IMG/VR virus record: IMGVR_UViG_3300044608_002311
Location: 1 to 27,749 of that record
Direction: 5' to 3' (one strand)
Source of the DNA: a virus
Taxonomy: Duplodnaviria > Caudoviricetes
Length of the DNA: 27,749 bases
Part shown: positions 8,602-16,854 of the stretch, in pieces
How positions within the stretch are numbered: the first letter of the stretch is position 1
Layout: every line of letters begins with the position of its first letter
The notes under the pieces: model-generated
What the model was told of the DNA's origin: nothing
What the model saw: only the letters and a program-made list of their open reading frames with translations
Databases searched by the model: none
Program-made: the position numbers and the translations under genes

Positions 8602-8838
8602 ATGTTTCAAGATATGGGAATAAAACCGAAAGGCGAAGAAATTCGAATCAGGTTGGACAGCGGTGCGAATTGCGATAGTGCAAACGTTCAGATAGTTATG
8701 CCTGTGGATCTTGGATTCGAAAATAAGGCAGCGTTTTTATCTGCTAGCGATGAGCAAAAGCATCAGGCCTTAGTCGAATTCTTCAACGGTGATGGATATC
8801 CCGAGTACTCTTGGGATGTCGAAAAGTCGCAGGAATAA
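8602..8838 (+). CDS. Hypothetical protein
   Basis: Open frame in the operon. Confidence 0.6.
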   Translation: MFQDMGIKPKGEEIRIRLDSGANCDSANVQIVMPVDLGFENKAAFLSASDEQKHQALVEFFNGDGYPEYSWDVEKSQE

Positions 8839-8840
8839 AG

Positions 8841-8989
8841 GTTTGGCGGCCTACTCCGAGCGATGCCGAATAAGCTGGAAGGGCATCGCGACGAGGAATC
8901 GCTAGGCAGTGCTAAGAGAGCCTCGGTAGCATGATCCGGAAATCCTTAGCAGCGGGTGGCAAGGTTTTGCATAGTCTCCAAACTAGGCC
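8841..8989 (+). ncRNA. Candidate structured intergenic RNA
   Basis: Stems GTTTGG/CCAAAC (8841/8978), GCGATGCC/GGCATCGC (8860/8882) and TGCTAAG/CTTAGCA (8910/8945) in an ORF-free gap. Confidence 0.35.
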
Positions 8990-9009
8990 TCCTTTCTTGT
9001 TGAACCCGT

Positions 9010-9042
9010 ACCCGGTGGCTGACCAAGGCTGCCGGGTTTTTT
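9010..9042 (+). terminator. Rho-independent terminator
   Basis: Stem ACCCGGTGGC/GCTGCCGGGT followed by a T-run. Confidence 0.8.
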
Positions 9043-9061
9043 CATACACTTAGAGGGCAAA

Positions 9062-9259
9062 ATGGACGACGAAAAGGAACCGATAGCAAGCAGCCGGGAG
9101 CTTGAGCTATACCTAGAGCGCAAGTCGATTTGCATCGTCGATGGAGTCCCAAGGGAACAGGCGATCGCGATTGCATTCGATCAGGTTAAGGGGTCGCTCA
9201 AGCCGAACCAAATGCCGGACAAGATCGCAAGGGATTTGCAGAGCGTCAGAAAAAAGTAG
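9062..9259 (+). CDS. Hypothetical protein
   Basis: GAGG RBS; ERxxIxxxDG pattern; ends ARDLQSVRKK. Confidence 0.7.
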   Translation: MDDEKEPIASSRELELYLERKSICIVDGVPREQAIAIAFDQVKGSLKPNQMPDKIARDLQSVRKK

Positions 9260-9446
9260 CAAGGGAAATTATGAGGGCGCGACAGTCAAAAAAAATAATT
9301 GCTAGCTTGAAGGTCGTTAACGGCAAATGGTCTACTAGAGTACGCAAAAGAACATTAGCTAAGGCTTGGCATGTTTTTTATGTGAGGATGCGTCGAAAGA
9401 AAAATAGGGACGCAAGGGATTTGCAGAGCGTCAGAAAAAAGTAGCA
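9226..9446 (+). repeat. 36-bp direct repeat CGCAAGGGATTTGCAGAGCGTCAGAAAAAAGTAGCA at 9226-9261 and 9411-9446
   Basis: Two identical copies. Confidence 0.95.
9271..9444 (+). CDS. 57-aa basic protein ending in the duplicated ARDLQSVRKK (not in the ORF track)
   Basis: AAGGGA RBS; reads in frame into the second repeat copy. Confidence 0.6.
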   Translation: MRARQSKKIIASLKVVNGKWSTRVRKRTLAKAWHVFYVRMRRKKNRDARDLQSVRKK

Positions 9447-9497
9447 TTGTTTTTTTGTTTCACAGGTGGCAACGTTGCCAGCAAGGAACGTTAGAAA

Positions 9498-9644
9498 ATG
9501 AAATTGAGTAGCTCGGAATACGCAGCGTTTGTGATTGCTTTCGTTGCGTGCTTGCCACTGATTTTGATGGTCGTTGTGGTCGCTGCATTCTTCGGGATCA
9601 TTCAGATCATCGTTGAGGCTGTCCGAGCCTTATTCAAGTTCTAA
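9498..9644 (+). CDS. 48-aa hydrophobic membrane peptide (not in the ORF track)
   Basis: MKLSSSEYAAFVIAFVACLPLILMVVVVAAFFGIIQIIVEAVRALFKF; AAGGA RBS. Confidence 0.6.
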   Translation: MKLSSSEYAAFVIAFVACLPLILMVVVVAAFFGIIQIIVEAVRALFKF

Positions 9645-9732
9645 GGCTAGAAAAAAACAGCGTTGCGTTTTTCTGCAAAGTGGCAACGTTGCCAGTGAGA
9701 AAGTTGGTTTTTGGGCATGTGAGGCCTTAAAG

Positions 9733-9927
9733 ATGAGCGATGAAATCCAGTACACTTTCAAGACGTACCGCCTAGCGTGGAAGATTCTACCTGGCGAATT
9801 GGAGCCCGATGCAAGGCCAGCACCGTCGCAAGAAATTGTCAGGCCGAAGAATGGCAAGTTGTTTGTAGGGTCGCTTGATTTGATTGAGGCTGCGAAGGAA
9901 ATGGAACGCATCCTGCTAGCACAATGA
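9733..9927 (+). CDS. Hypothetical protein
   Basis: GAGG RBS before ATG 9733. Confidence 0.55.
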   Translation: MSDEIQYTFKTYRLAWKILPGELEPDARPAPSQEIVRPKNGKLFVGSLDLIEAAKEMERILLAQ

Positions 9928-10057
9928 CGGGACGCAAGCGAAACAATCCCACTAGCTCGATCCGGTTTTCAGTGGCAACGTTGCCAGCGCTGATTTGCAA
10001 AACGGCATCGGATAGTCTAGGATTTTGCAGTCCATCCATCCCTCAAAAGGTGATCCA

Positions 10058-11326
10058 ATGCCGAAAGAGAAAAACGCATCCGGTGCGAACGAGCCCTCGA
10101 AGTGGCGCTCAAAAATCGTAGGCCACGAGAAGGTTCAAGCCGGTCAGCTAATGGCCAACCCGTTCAATCACCGCAGGCACCCAGAAAAGCAGCGCAAGGT
10201 CGTTGCAGCCTCGATCGAGGAACTAGGGTTCATCAAGTCGGTGCTTGTCAACAAGGTCACGGGTCATATCGTCGATGGCCACGAACGGGTCATGCAGGCC
10301 CTGGGCGTAGGAGAGGAAACCCTAGTTGACGTTGAGTACGTCGAGCTATCGCCTGAGGACGAAAAGAAGGCTTTGCTTGTGCTGGATGCGTCGTCGGAGC
10401 TTGCCGAGGTCGATGCGTCGTCGCTGAATCAGTTGGTTAAAGAATGTGCGTTCGATATGGGCGTGCTCGATGATTTGGCGAAGGAAATGCTGGCAGATTT
10501 CCCGATGGTCGATGATGAACCTAAGATTACTGAGGACGACATACCAGAGCCTCCGGTCGATCCGATCACGAAGTTGGGCGACTTGTGGATTCTTGGCGAG
10601 CATCGCGTTTTGTGCGGCGATAGCACGAAAGCGGAGGATGTGGCTAGATTGATGGGCGGCAAGAGGGCGGACATGGTTTTTACGGATCCGCCGTACAACT
10701 GCGCCGACGAAATGAGCGAATCGTTTTACGCAAACGCAAACTCTCCGGCCATGAAGGGATTGGCGGCGGCAAAGTGGGACAAAGGGTTTAGCCCGGATGA
10801 GTTCCTCAATCGCGTTGAAGAAATTAGGCCAGACAACGGGACTGTGTACGTTTGCACATCCCACATGCTGGCACCTGAGATATGGTCTTACATGGAAAAA
10901 AGCAAGGCGACTCACAGTAGCTATCTTGTTTGGTGTAAGCCTAATCCTATGCCTTCTCTAGCAAAGAGGCACCCTACATGGGCGACCGAATTGATTTGCT
11001 ACGCGACGTTCGGAAAGCATGTTTTCAACTTCCCGGAAGAGGGTCATAGCCTTTCGTGGTGGAGCATAAACAAGAACGCAAAAAACGATCTTCACCCAAC
11101 TCAAAAGCCGGTTGCTGTCCCGGCTAAGGCTATTGAGTTAAGCAGCAAGCCTGGGCAGGTCATTGCGGATTTATTTCTCGGCTCCGGCACTACTCTAATC
11201 GCAGCCGAGCAACTCGGACGCAAGTGTTACGGAATGGAAATCAGCCCGCAGTATTGCGATGTTATTGTAAAACGATGGGAAAACCTAACTGGTAAAAAGG
11301 CAGTTTTGGAGACTGTAAAAAGCTAG
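10058..11326 (+). CDS. ParB-N domain fused to a class-beta N6-adenine/N4-cytosine DNA methyltransferase
   Basis: N-terminal NP.N.R.H..IVDGHER (ParB-N), then GEHRVLCGDST, motif IV TDPPY, HPTQKP and motif I DLFLGSGTT. Confidence 0.9.
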   Translation: MPKEKNASGANEPSKWRSKIVGHEKVQAGQLMANPFNHRRHPEKQRKVVAASIEELGFIKSVLVNKVTGHIVDGHERVMQALGVGEETLVDVEYVELSPEDEKKALLVLDASSELAEVDASSLNQLVKECAFDMGVLDDLAKEMLADFPMVDDEPKITEDDIPEPPVDPITKLGDLWILGEHRVLCGDSTKAEDVARLMGGKRADMVFTDPPYNCADEMSESFYANANSPAMKGLAAAKWDKGFSPDEFLNRVEEIRPDNGTVYVCTSHMLAPEIWSYMEKSKATHSSYLVWCKPNPMPSLAKRHPTWATELICYATFGKHVFNFPEEGHSLSWWSINKNAKNDLHPTQKPVAVPAKAIELSSKPGQVIADLFLGSGTTLIAAEQLGRKCYGMEISPQYCDVIVKRWENLTGKKAVLETVKS

Positions 11327-11334
11327 CCTATACT
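11306..11334 (+). promoter_or_regulatory. Possible promoter TTGGAG-N17-TATACT for the terminase genes
   Basis: 17-bp spacer; lies upstream of ATG 11379. Confidence 0.35.
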
Positions 11335-11378
11335 GTCAATCTGTTAGGCAGTAACAAAACTCCATCAAAACAAACAAA

Positions 11379-11900
11379 ATGACAAAGCGTGCCGGAAAGA
11401 AAACGTCACCGGCGCGAGGCAAGAAAACGACAGGCATAAAGCCGGAGTCACAGAGCCAAGCGCCGAAAGCGACAGGCAGCCCAACAAAACCCGCATCATT
11501 CTTTTGGCCAGAACTGCGCCCAGAGAACGAGCAAGCAGCTATAGCAGCGGGTAGGGGCGAACAGGTAAAGCGAATCAAGGATCTACGGCTAGAGCTAAGG
11601 GCCGTAAATGAACGCTGGCCGATAACACCCGAGCTACGGGAAAGAATGGTTTTCGAGGCTGCAAAGGTGGCAATGGATCCAACGGCACCGACGAAAGAAA
11701 AGCTTTGGGCAAACCGGCTTTTGTTGGCGATGGATCAGATCAACACACGGCCAAAAGAGCTACCGCAACAAGTCCAGGCAGGGACGACGATCACGGTGAA
11801 TCAGATTCTGGCAATGATCGAAGGTGGAAACGTTAGCCAAGACGACCTAGACCTACGGGATATCAAGGTACTACCGGGGGCACCGGATGACTACGCTTAA
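11379..11900 (+). CDS. Probable terminase small subunit
   Basis: Assigned by size and position, overlapping the terL start; no diagnostic motif. Confidence 0.5.
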   Translation: MTKRAGKKTSPARGKKTTGIKPESQSQAPKATGSPTKPASFFWPELRPENEQAAIAAGRGEQVKRIKDLRLELRAVNERWPITPELRERMVFEAAKVAMDPTAPTKEKLWANRLLLAMDQINTRPKELPQQVQAGTTITVNQILAMIEGGNVSQDDLDLRDIKVLPGAPDDYA

Positions 11901-14355
11901 CGTGCCAGCCTGGGTAAGCCCGAAGGAAGCAGAGCGAGCCCTAGAGGATGCCAGGGCAATGAGAAGTCCCTTGCTGATGGCCGAACGGTTCTCAAGCGGT
12001 CAGTGGAAACGTGCTAGGCATTTGGCGGTCGTGGACTTCGAGTTCCGGAACTTGCTATCCGATCCGAACCTAGATTGCCTGATTATCAAAATGCCGGTTC
12101 GCCATGGAAAACTTTTGGCCGACGAAACCCCTATTTGGACTCCTGACGGATGGAAAACCCACGGCGATCTAGCAGTAGGGTCAAAGGTGTTTGCAGCCGA
12201 CGGGATGATTTCCACGGTCATAGGGATATCGGAAAAGCAGGAAGCGGATTGCGAGGTTGTTTTTTCCGATGGGGAGGTAATCAAGTGCCACGAAGCGCAC
12301 GAATGGATGGTGTGGGATCGAAAGAAGGGACGATGGAGAACTATCGAAACAAAAGAGCTTTTCGATGGTGTTTTCCACAGCCACGAAAAGGGAGTTCCGC
12401 GAGCAAGGTATTCCATTCCTTTCGGTGGCGTTTGCGCTGGGCATAGCGATCCGTTGCCAGTCGATCCCTATTGGCTTGGGGTTTGGCTTGGCGATGGCAG
12501 GTCGAGTGCTTGGGATTTCTGCGGATGCAAAGAGGATTCAGAATACATTCTTGGATTGCTCGAATCCCGCGGCATGGTTCGATCATGGTCAACAGTCCAC
12601 AAAACGACAGGAGTTCACTACTTTGGGTTTAGTGGACTACCTAAGCTGAAATCGCTTGGGCTCAAGGATAACAAGCACATACCGGACGAGTATTTAACCG
12701 CGAATCAGTCAGTAAGGCTTGATGTTCTCCGCGGCTTGGTGGATACGGATGGTCACGTTGATGATGATGGAAGGGTTCGCATTGTCGCGACTTGTAAGCA
12801 GCTCGTTGACGATATCGAAACACTGGTTCGTTCGTTTGGATGGAGAGCATCGACAACGTTTCAAGAACCGGCGATGAGCAGTTCCGGAATCCAAGGGCGA
12901 AAACGAGTCTATACCGTTCAGTTTATGCCGCGTGGGTTGATCGTTGCTAACCTTCCAAGGAAACAAAAAGGACGTAAGGCGAATCTATACAAAAACGGTA
13001 AGTCTCTGACGATTCGTGAAGTTCGCCGAGTTGCTCCTAGTCCTGGGCATTGCATCGAAATCGATCATCCGTCGCATTTGTACCTATGCGGGAAAACGAA
13101 CAAGCCTACGCATAACAGCGAGTACTTAGCACGATGGGCACCGGCTTGGTATTTGCTTAGGAATCCGTACCGAAGGGTAATGATTTGCACCAACACTTCG
13201 ACGTTGGCAAGTTCGCACTCTCGATGGGTTCGGGACAAGGTGCATGAGCTAGGGCCGATGATGGGAGTGCCTGGGGTCGATCCAAAACACTCATCAGTAA
13301 AGCACTGGCAGATAGAACGAGCCAAGGGAGGATGCTACGCAGCCGGTGTCGGTGGCTCGATCGTTGGGTTCGGTGCTGACCTACTTGTGATTGATGATTA
13401 TTTGAAGGATGCCAAGTCGAGCTTTTCGCAGAAAGTAAGGGACGACCAATGGGATTGGTTCGTTTCGACTTCAGGGACACGGCTAGAGCCGGGCGGCAAG
13501 TGCGTGCTCTTATGCACACAGTGGAACAGCGACGACTTGATAGGACGCATCGAGAAGCGGAAAGACGAGCTAGATATCCGGGTTCGGTCGATCACCCTTC
13601 AAGCATTGCGTGAGGGTACCGAGGTCAAGGATCCGCTCGGACGCGCAGAGGGTGAGGCCCTTTGGCCAGAACGATGGCCGGCAGAGGTAATGGAACGACG
13701 TAAGAGGCAAGCCGGGCATTGGTGGCACTCGATCTACCAGGGGAACCCGAAGGGATCGAGTATGGCCAACTGGCCAGAGTCCTACTTCTCGAACATTTTC
13801 GCCGACGATGTGGACTTCCCAGAGCCGACCGACTGCCTTATCTCGGCTAGCTTTCTGGATCCATCAAAGGGCAAGAACAGTCGAAAGGGTGACTATCAGG
13901 CTCAAATCTGGATCGGGTACAAAAACGGTTTGTTCTGGATCGATTCGGACATTGAGCGTAAGCCGATACCGAAGATGGTTCGTGACTTCGTGCTGTTCAA
14001 CAGGGAGCGAAAAACGGCTTTTGTTGGGCTTGAGGCGAACGCATGGCAGGATCTTTTGGCTGATGATTACTGGGAAGTCTGCCAGGATATCGAGTACAAC
14101 GCCGACAAGCCGATCCTAGTCAATCAGACCACGAACAAGACGGTTCGGATCGAACGGCTCGGGAAGTGGCTCAATCAACGCCTTTTAAGATTCCGCAAAT
14201 CGGCTTCTAATGAGCTTCTGATAAAGCAGATGCAAGAGTTCCCGTACGGCCAGCATGACGACGGGCCTGACGCATTGGAGGCTTGCATAGCGTTATTATG
14301 TCGATCGGTTGATGCGTTGCATGGATTACACGAAGTAACGGAGACAGAGGCTTAG
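11887..14355 (+). CDS. terL: Terminase large subunit containing an intein
   Basis: Walker A MPVRHGK|S split by the intein, Walker B LLVIDD, TQW coupling motif, YQG.P, nuclease motifs FLDPS and HDDGPDA. Confidence 0.93.
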   Translation: MTTLNVPAWVSPKEAERALEDARAMRSPLLMAERFSSGQWKRARHLAVVDFEFRNLLSDPNLDCLIIKMPVRHGKLLADETPIWTPDGWKTHGDLAVGSKVFAADGMISTVIGISEKQEADCEVVFSDGEVIKCHEAHEWMVWDRKKGRWRTIETKELFDGVFHSHEKGVPRARYSIPFGGVCAGHSDPLPVDPYWLGVWLGDGRSSAWDFCGCKEDSEYILGLLESRGMVRSWSTVHKTTGVHYFGFSGLPKLKSLGLKDNKHIPDEYLTANQSVRLDVLRGLVDTDGHVDDDGRVRIVATCKQLVDDIETLVRSFGWRASTTFQEPAMSSSGIQGRKRVYTVQFMPRGLIVANLPRKQKGRKANLYKNGKSLTIREVRRVAPSPGHCIEIDHPSHLYLCGKTNKPTHNSEYLARWAPAWYLLRNPYRRVMICTNTSTLASSHSRWVRDKVHELGPMMGVPGVDPKHSSVKHWQIERAKGGCYAAGVGGSIVGFGADLLVIDDYLKDAKSSFSQKVRDDQWDWFVSTSGTRLEPGGKCVLLCTQWNSDDLIGRIEKRKDELDIRVRSITLQALREGTEVKDPLGRAEGEALWPERWPAEVMERRKRQAGHWWHSIYQGNPKGSSMANWPESYFSNIFADDVDFPEPTDCLISASFLDPSKGKNSRKGDYQAQIWIGYKNGLFWIDSDIERKPIPKMVRDFVLFNRERKTAFVGLEANAWQDLLADDYWEVCQDIEYNADKPILVNQTTNKTVRIERLGKWLNQRLLRFRKSASNELLIKQMQEFPYGQHDDGPDALEACIALLCRSVDALHGLHEVTETEA
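12112..13116 (+). mobile_element. Class 3 intein with LAGLIDADG homing endonuclease (335 aa)
   Basis: Block A LLADETPI, block B HEAHEW, endonuclease blocks LGVWLGDG and LRGLVDTDG, block F GHCIEI, block G PTHN|S. Confidence 0.9.
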
Positions 14356-14356
14356 A

Positions 14357-14863
14357 ATGACCTATTCGATTCAGACGGGAAACGGAACAGCGAAACTCAC
14401 CGGGGGGCAACTGCAGGGGCTCGTAAATCGGGGCAAGATCCAGCCGAGTACAGTAGTCGAGGTCGAGGGGTTCGGGCCATGTTTGGCAAGGGAAATCAAG
14501 TTTCTGAGTTGGCCGAAGGTGGCAACGTTGCCAGCGCCGAGCGAAGTTCAGACGCAAAGCGCAGAAAAAAGCAATGCTACTAATTTTCCGTTTAAGCGTT
14601 TGAATTGGCAAAGATCGATCCAGCGTGCATGGGGCTCGGCATTGGTCGTTGCCATCGGGCTTGCTGTTCTGTGGGTGCTTTATCCGGCTTTGGTTTTCGC
14701 ACCGTGGAGCATTGGGGTAATCTGCAGCGTTATACTAGGGGCGTTTCTGGTCGGCGTGGTCAGCTTCGTTCGGGTGGTGCTTGAGGCTCTAGCGTTGTTT
14801 CTTGGGGGGCAAAATGGATCGGTCAATCGTCAGGCTAAAGATCGAGGAAGTAGCCCAGCTTGA
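14357..14863 (+). CDS. Membrane protein with a GYF_2-like N-terminus
   Basis: QLQGLVNRGKIQPSTVV resembles GYF_2 domains (recall); two hydrophobic helices. Confidence 0.6.
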   Translation: MTYSIQTGNGTAKLTGGQLQGLVNRGKIQPSTVVEVEGFGPCLAREIKFLSWPKVATLPAPSEVQTQSAEKSNATNFPFKRLNWQRSIQRAWGSALVVAIGLAVLWVLYPALVFAPWSIGVICSVILGAFLVGVVSFVRVVLEALALFLGGQNGSVNRQAKDRGSSPA

Positions 14864-15068
14864 CGGCTGCGAGCTGACAAACAAGCAGCTAGCAGACCTT
14901 GAGGAACTTTACTGGCGATCCTTCGAAACCCCGATGCCGGGGGCGTGGGTCGATCAGCTACCGGCAAACGACCTGGATCAGCGGGTCTACAAAATGGCAC
15001 AGCTAGCCCGGCGAATCTACCTTCGATCTTTCTTGTGTATCGGTCGTTCCCGGATCATAAAAAAATAG
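14814..15068 (+). CDS. Hypothetical protein
   Basis: Open frame in the operon. Confidence 0.55.
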   Translation: MDRSIVRLKIEEVAQLDGCELTNKQLADLEELYWRSFETPMPGAWVDQLPANDLDQRVYKMAQLARRIYLRSFLCIGRSRIIKK

Positions 15069-15225
15069 CATTGCGTTTTTCTGTCGCTGGCAACGTTGCC
15101 AGGGCGTTTTCTAAAAACCCAATGTTTTCATTGGTCGGAGTGAATTACGGCCGTAAATTTCTGGCCTGCCTGATTGCGCCAAATTGCGTCGAATTGCGTC
15201 AAAAATAATGTGCCAACGTGGGCAC
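15067..15225. promoter_or_regulatory. Operator-dense intergenic region
   Basis: A-tract motif 15070-15083, 14-bp palindrome at 15088, palindrome TTACGGCCGTAA 15145-15156, three 10-bp tandem units 15171-15200 and imperfect palindrome 15210-15225. Confidence 0.55.
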
Positions 15226-15265
15226 GTTTCGACCCGGTGGCATTATCTGTTTGGAGGATCAAAGC

Positions 15266-15520
15266 ATGATCGAATTGGACTGGGTAGAGAACAACGGGAT
15301 TTGGACAGCACAGCACGAGGGCGAAACCTTCGAGATAGTTCTTGAGGGGGACGGGACGTTTGGCACCTTCGGGCCAGACTGGTTCCAGGAACGCCGACGC
15401 GAAACCTTGGGCAGTGCACAGGAGCAAGTCTCCGAGGCGATCGAGCATCGGTCAGAGTCGATCATGCAGACTAGGTACGAAGAACAGCAGGCATTTTACA
15501 GAGGATGGGAACGGGTATGA
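15266..15520 (+). CDS. Hypothetical protein
   Basis: GGAGG RBS. Confidence 0.65.
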   Translation: MIELDWVENNGIWTAQHEGETFEIVLEGDGTFGTFGPDWFQERRRETLGSAQEQVSEAIEHRSESIMQTRYEEQQAFYRGWERV

Positions 15521-16080
15521 GCGAATTGCAGCCAACGGTTGAGGCCCAGGTCGAGCTAGACCGACAGCAGGAGCAAATCGAACGTCAAAAAGCAGAGCTT
15601 GAAGCGTCGAAGGTGGCAACATTGCCAGCAGAGGATCCGTTTCGGGTCATGGGTTCGCAGGCTGCAAACGATCGCGTCGAGGCTGTTTTGGCGAAAGTCG
15701 AACAGGCCCCAAAGGTGGAAACGTTGCCAGCGCAAGACCCGTTTGCAAAGGCTGTCGAAGCATGGGCAGGCGATGAATCGGACGATCAGGTAGAACCGCT
15801 AGAAGGCGAAACGATCGATACGCTTTTGCATCTAGGTGCAACGTCGATCGAGTTCCAAGGCCAGCAGTTCGAGGTCACCGAGGAAATCGTCGAAGGCGTG
15901 CAGCCTGTCATAAAGGCCAACGAGGAGCAAATTAAGATAGCATTCAAGATGCTCAGGGAAGGGGTTGCAGAGCTTTGCGATGCACTATCGTCGAGGCCAA
16001 CCGAAAGTTATTTCGATGATGCGTTTTTTATTCGCATTGAAATCAACAAGCTCGAAGCCAAAATCTTCCCTGCAAGCTAA
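15517..16080 (+). CDS. Acidic hypothetical protein with an internal KV(A/E)TLPAxDPF repeat
   Basis: ATGA overlap; both repeats carry palindrome variants. Confidence 0.65.
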   Translation: MSELQPTVEAQVELDRQQEQIERQKAELEASKVATLPAEDPFRVMGSQAANDRVEAVLAKVEQAPKVETLPAQDPFAKAVEAWAGDESDDQVEPLEGETIDTLLHLGATSIEFQGQQFEVTEEIVEGVQPVIKANEEQIKIAFKMLREGVAELCDALSSRPTESYFDDAFFIRIEINKLEAKIFPAS

Positions 16081-16096
16081 CGAGGATCGATCAACT

Positions 16097-16570
16097 ATGA
16101 GCTACCTGAGGCAATCTATGGGCGCTAAGAAGGCAGAACCCGAATTGAATATCCGCTGGTTGATCCGTCGCGATATGCCAGCGATCAACGAGATCAACAT
16201 CGAGTCAAGCTATCAGCTACTCGAAGAGGACATCGTGAAGATGCTTCGCACGAGGAACTTTGTCGGCATGGTCATCGAGCGTGGCGATCAGGTTCAAGGG
16301 TACATGATCTACGCTCTGGAGAAAAACGCGATCGATTTGCATCACTTGGTCATCGATCCGATGTTCCAATGCCAGGGGCTCGGTCGGGCCTTGCTAGATG
16401 CCTTGCGGTCAAAAATGGAGTTCCAGAAGCGATCTAGGATCTTCACGACTGTTAGCGAATACAACGTGCAGGCCCAGGTTTTCTTGAGGGCCTGCGGGTT
16501 CGAGTGCGTTGAGACTATCGACGATTGGGACGAAAACGGGGACGGATATCTTTTCGAGTATCAACAATGA
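16097..16570 (+). CDS. RimI-like GNAT N-acetyltransferase
   Basis: IRWLIRRDMP, GYMIY, acetyl-CoA motif QCQGLGRALL and V.E.N..AQ.F....GF. Confidence 0.85.
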   Translation: MSYLRQSMGAKKAEPELNIRWLIRRDMPAINEINIESSYQLLEEDIVKMLRTRNFVGMVIERGDQVQGYMIYALEKNAIDLHHLVIDPMFQCQGLGRALLDALRSKMEFQKRSRIFTTVSEYNVQAQVFLRACGFECVETIDDWDENGDGYLFEYQQ

Positions 16571-16854
16571 ATCGAGCAGTATTTACGCTTTACTTTGTGC
16601 ACACGCTCGGCGAGTGGCGTTGTGCTATGGAGCAGGTCATCGACGGTCGGGTGCTATGTGCCTTTAACGAGACGCTATGCGGTATCGGTAGATTGCACCC
16701 AGCGGCCAAGTACGATGATCTGGTTGAATCGCTTCGGCGCGTTGTCGAGCTTTACAAGTACGATTGGGGCCTCGGCCTGTTGTCGGTCGAGGACGGGAAA
16801 TTAGTCTGGAGGTTGAAAGATGAAAAAAGGCGAGAAGGCTTGGGTATTGTGTGA
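16567..16854 (+). CDS. Hypothetical protein
   Basis: ATGA overlap. Confidence 0.6.
   Translation: MNRAVFTLYFVHTLGEWRCAMEQVIDGRVLCAFNETLCGIGRLHPAAKYDDLVESLRRVVELYKYDWGLGLLSVEDGKLVWRLKDEKRREGLGIV

Noticed and set aside
791-9446. The 27-bp and 36-bp direct repeats as mini-CRISPRs or prophage att sites
   Set aside because: Only two copies each, separated by whole ORFs; no cas or integrase gene in the window.
10058-11326. Restriction-modification system
   Set aside because: No adjacent restriction endonuclease; fits an orphan phage methyltransferase.
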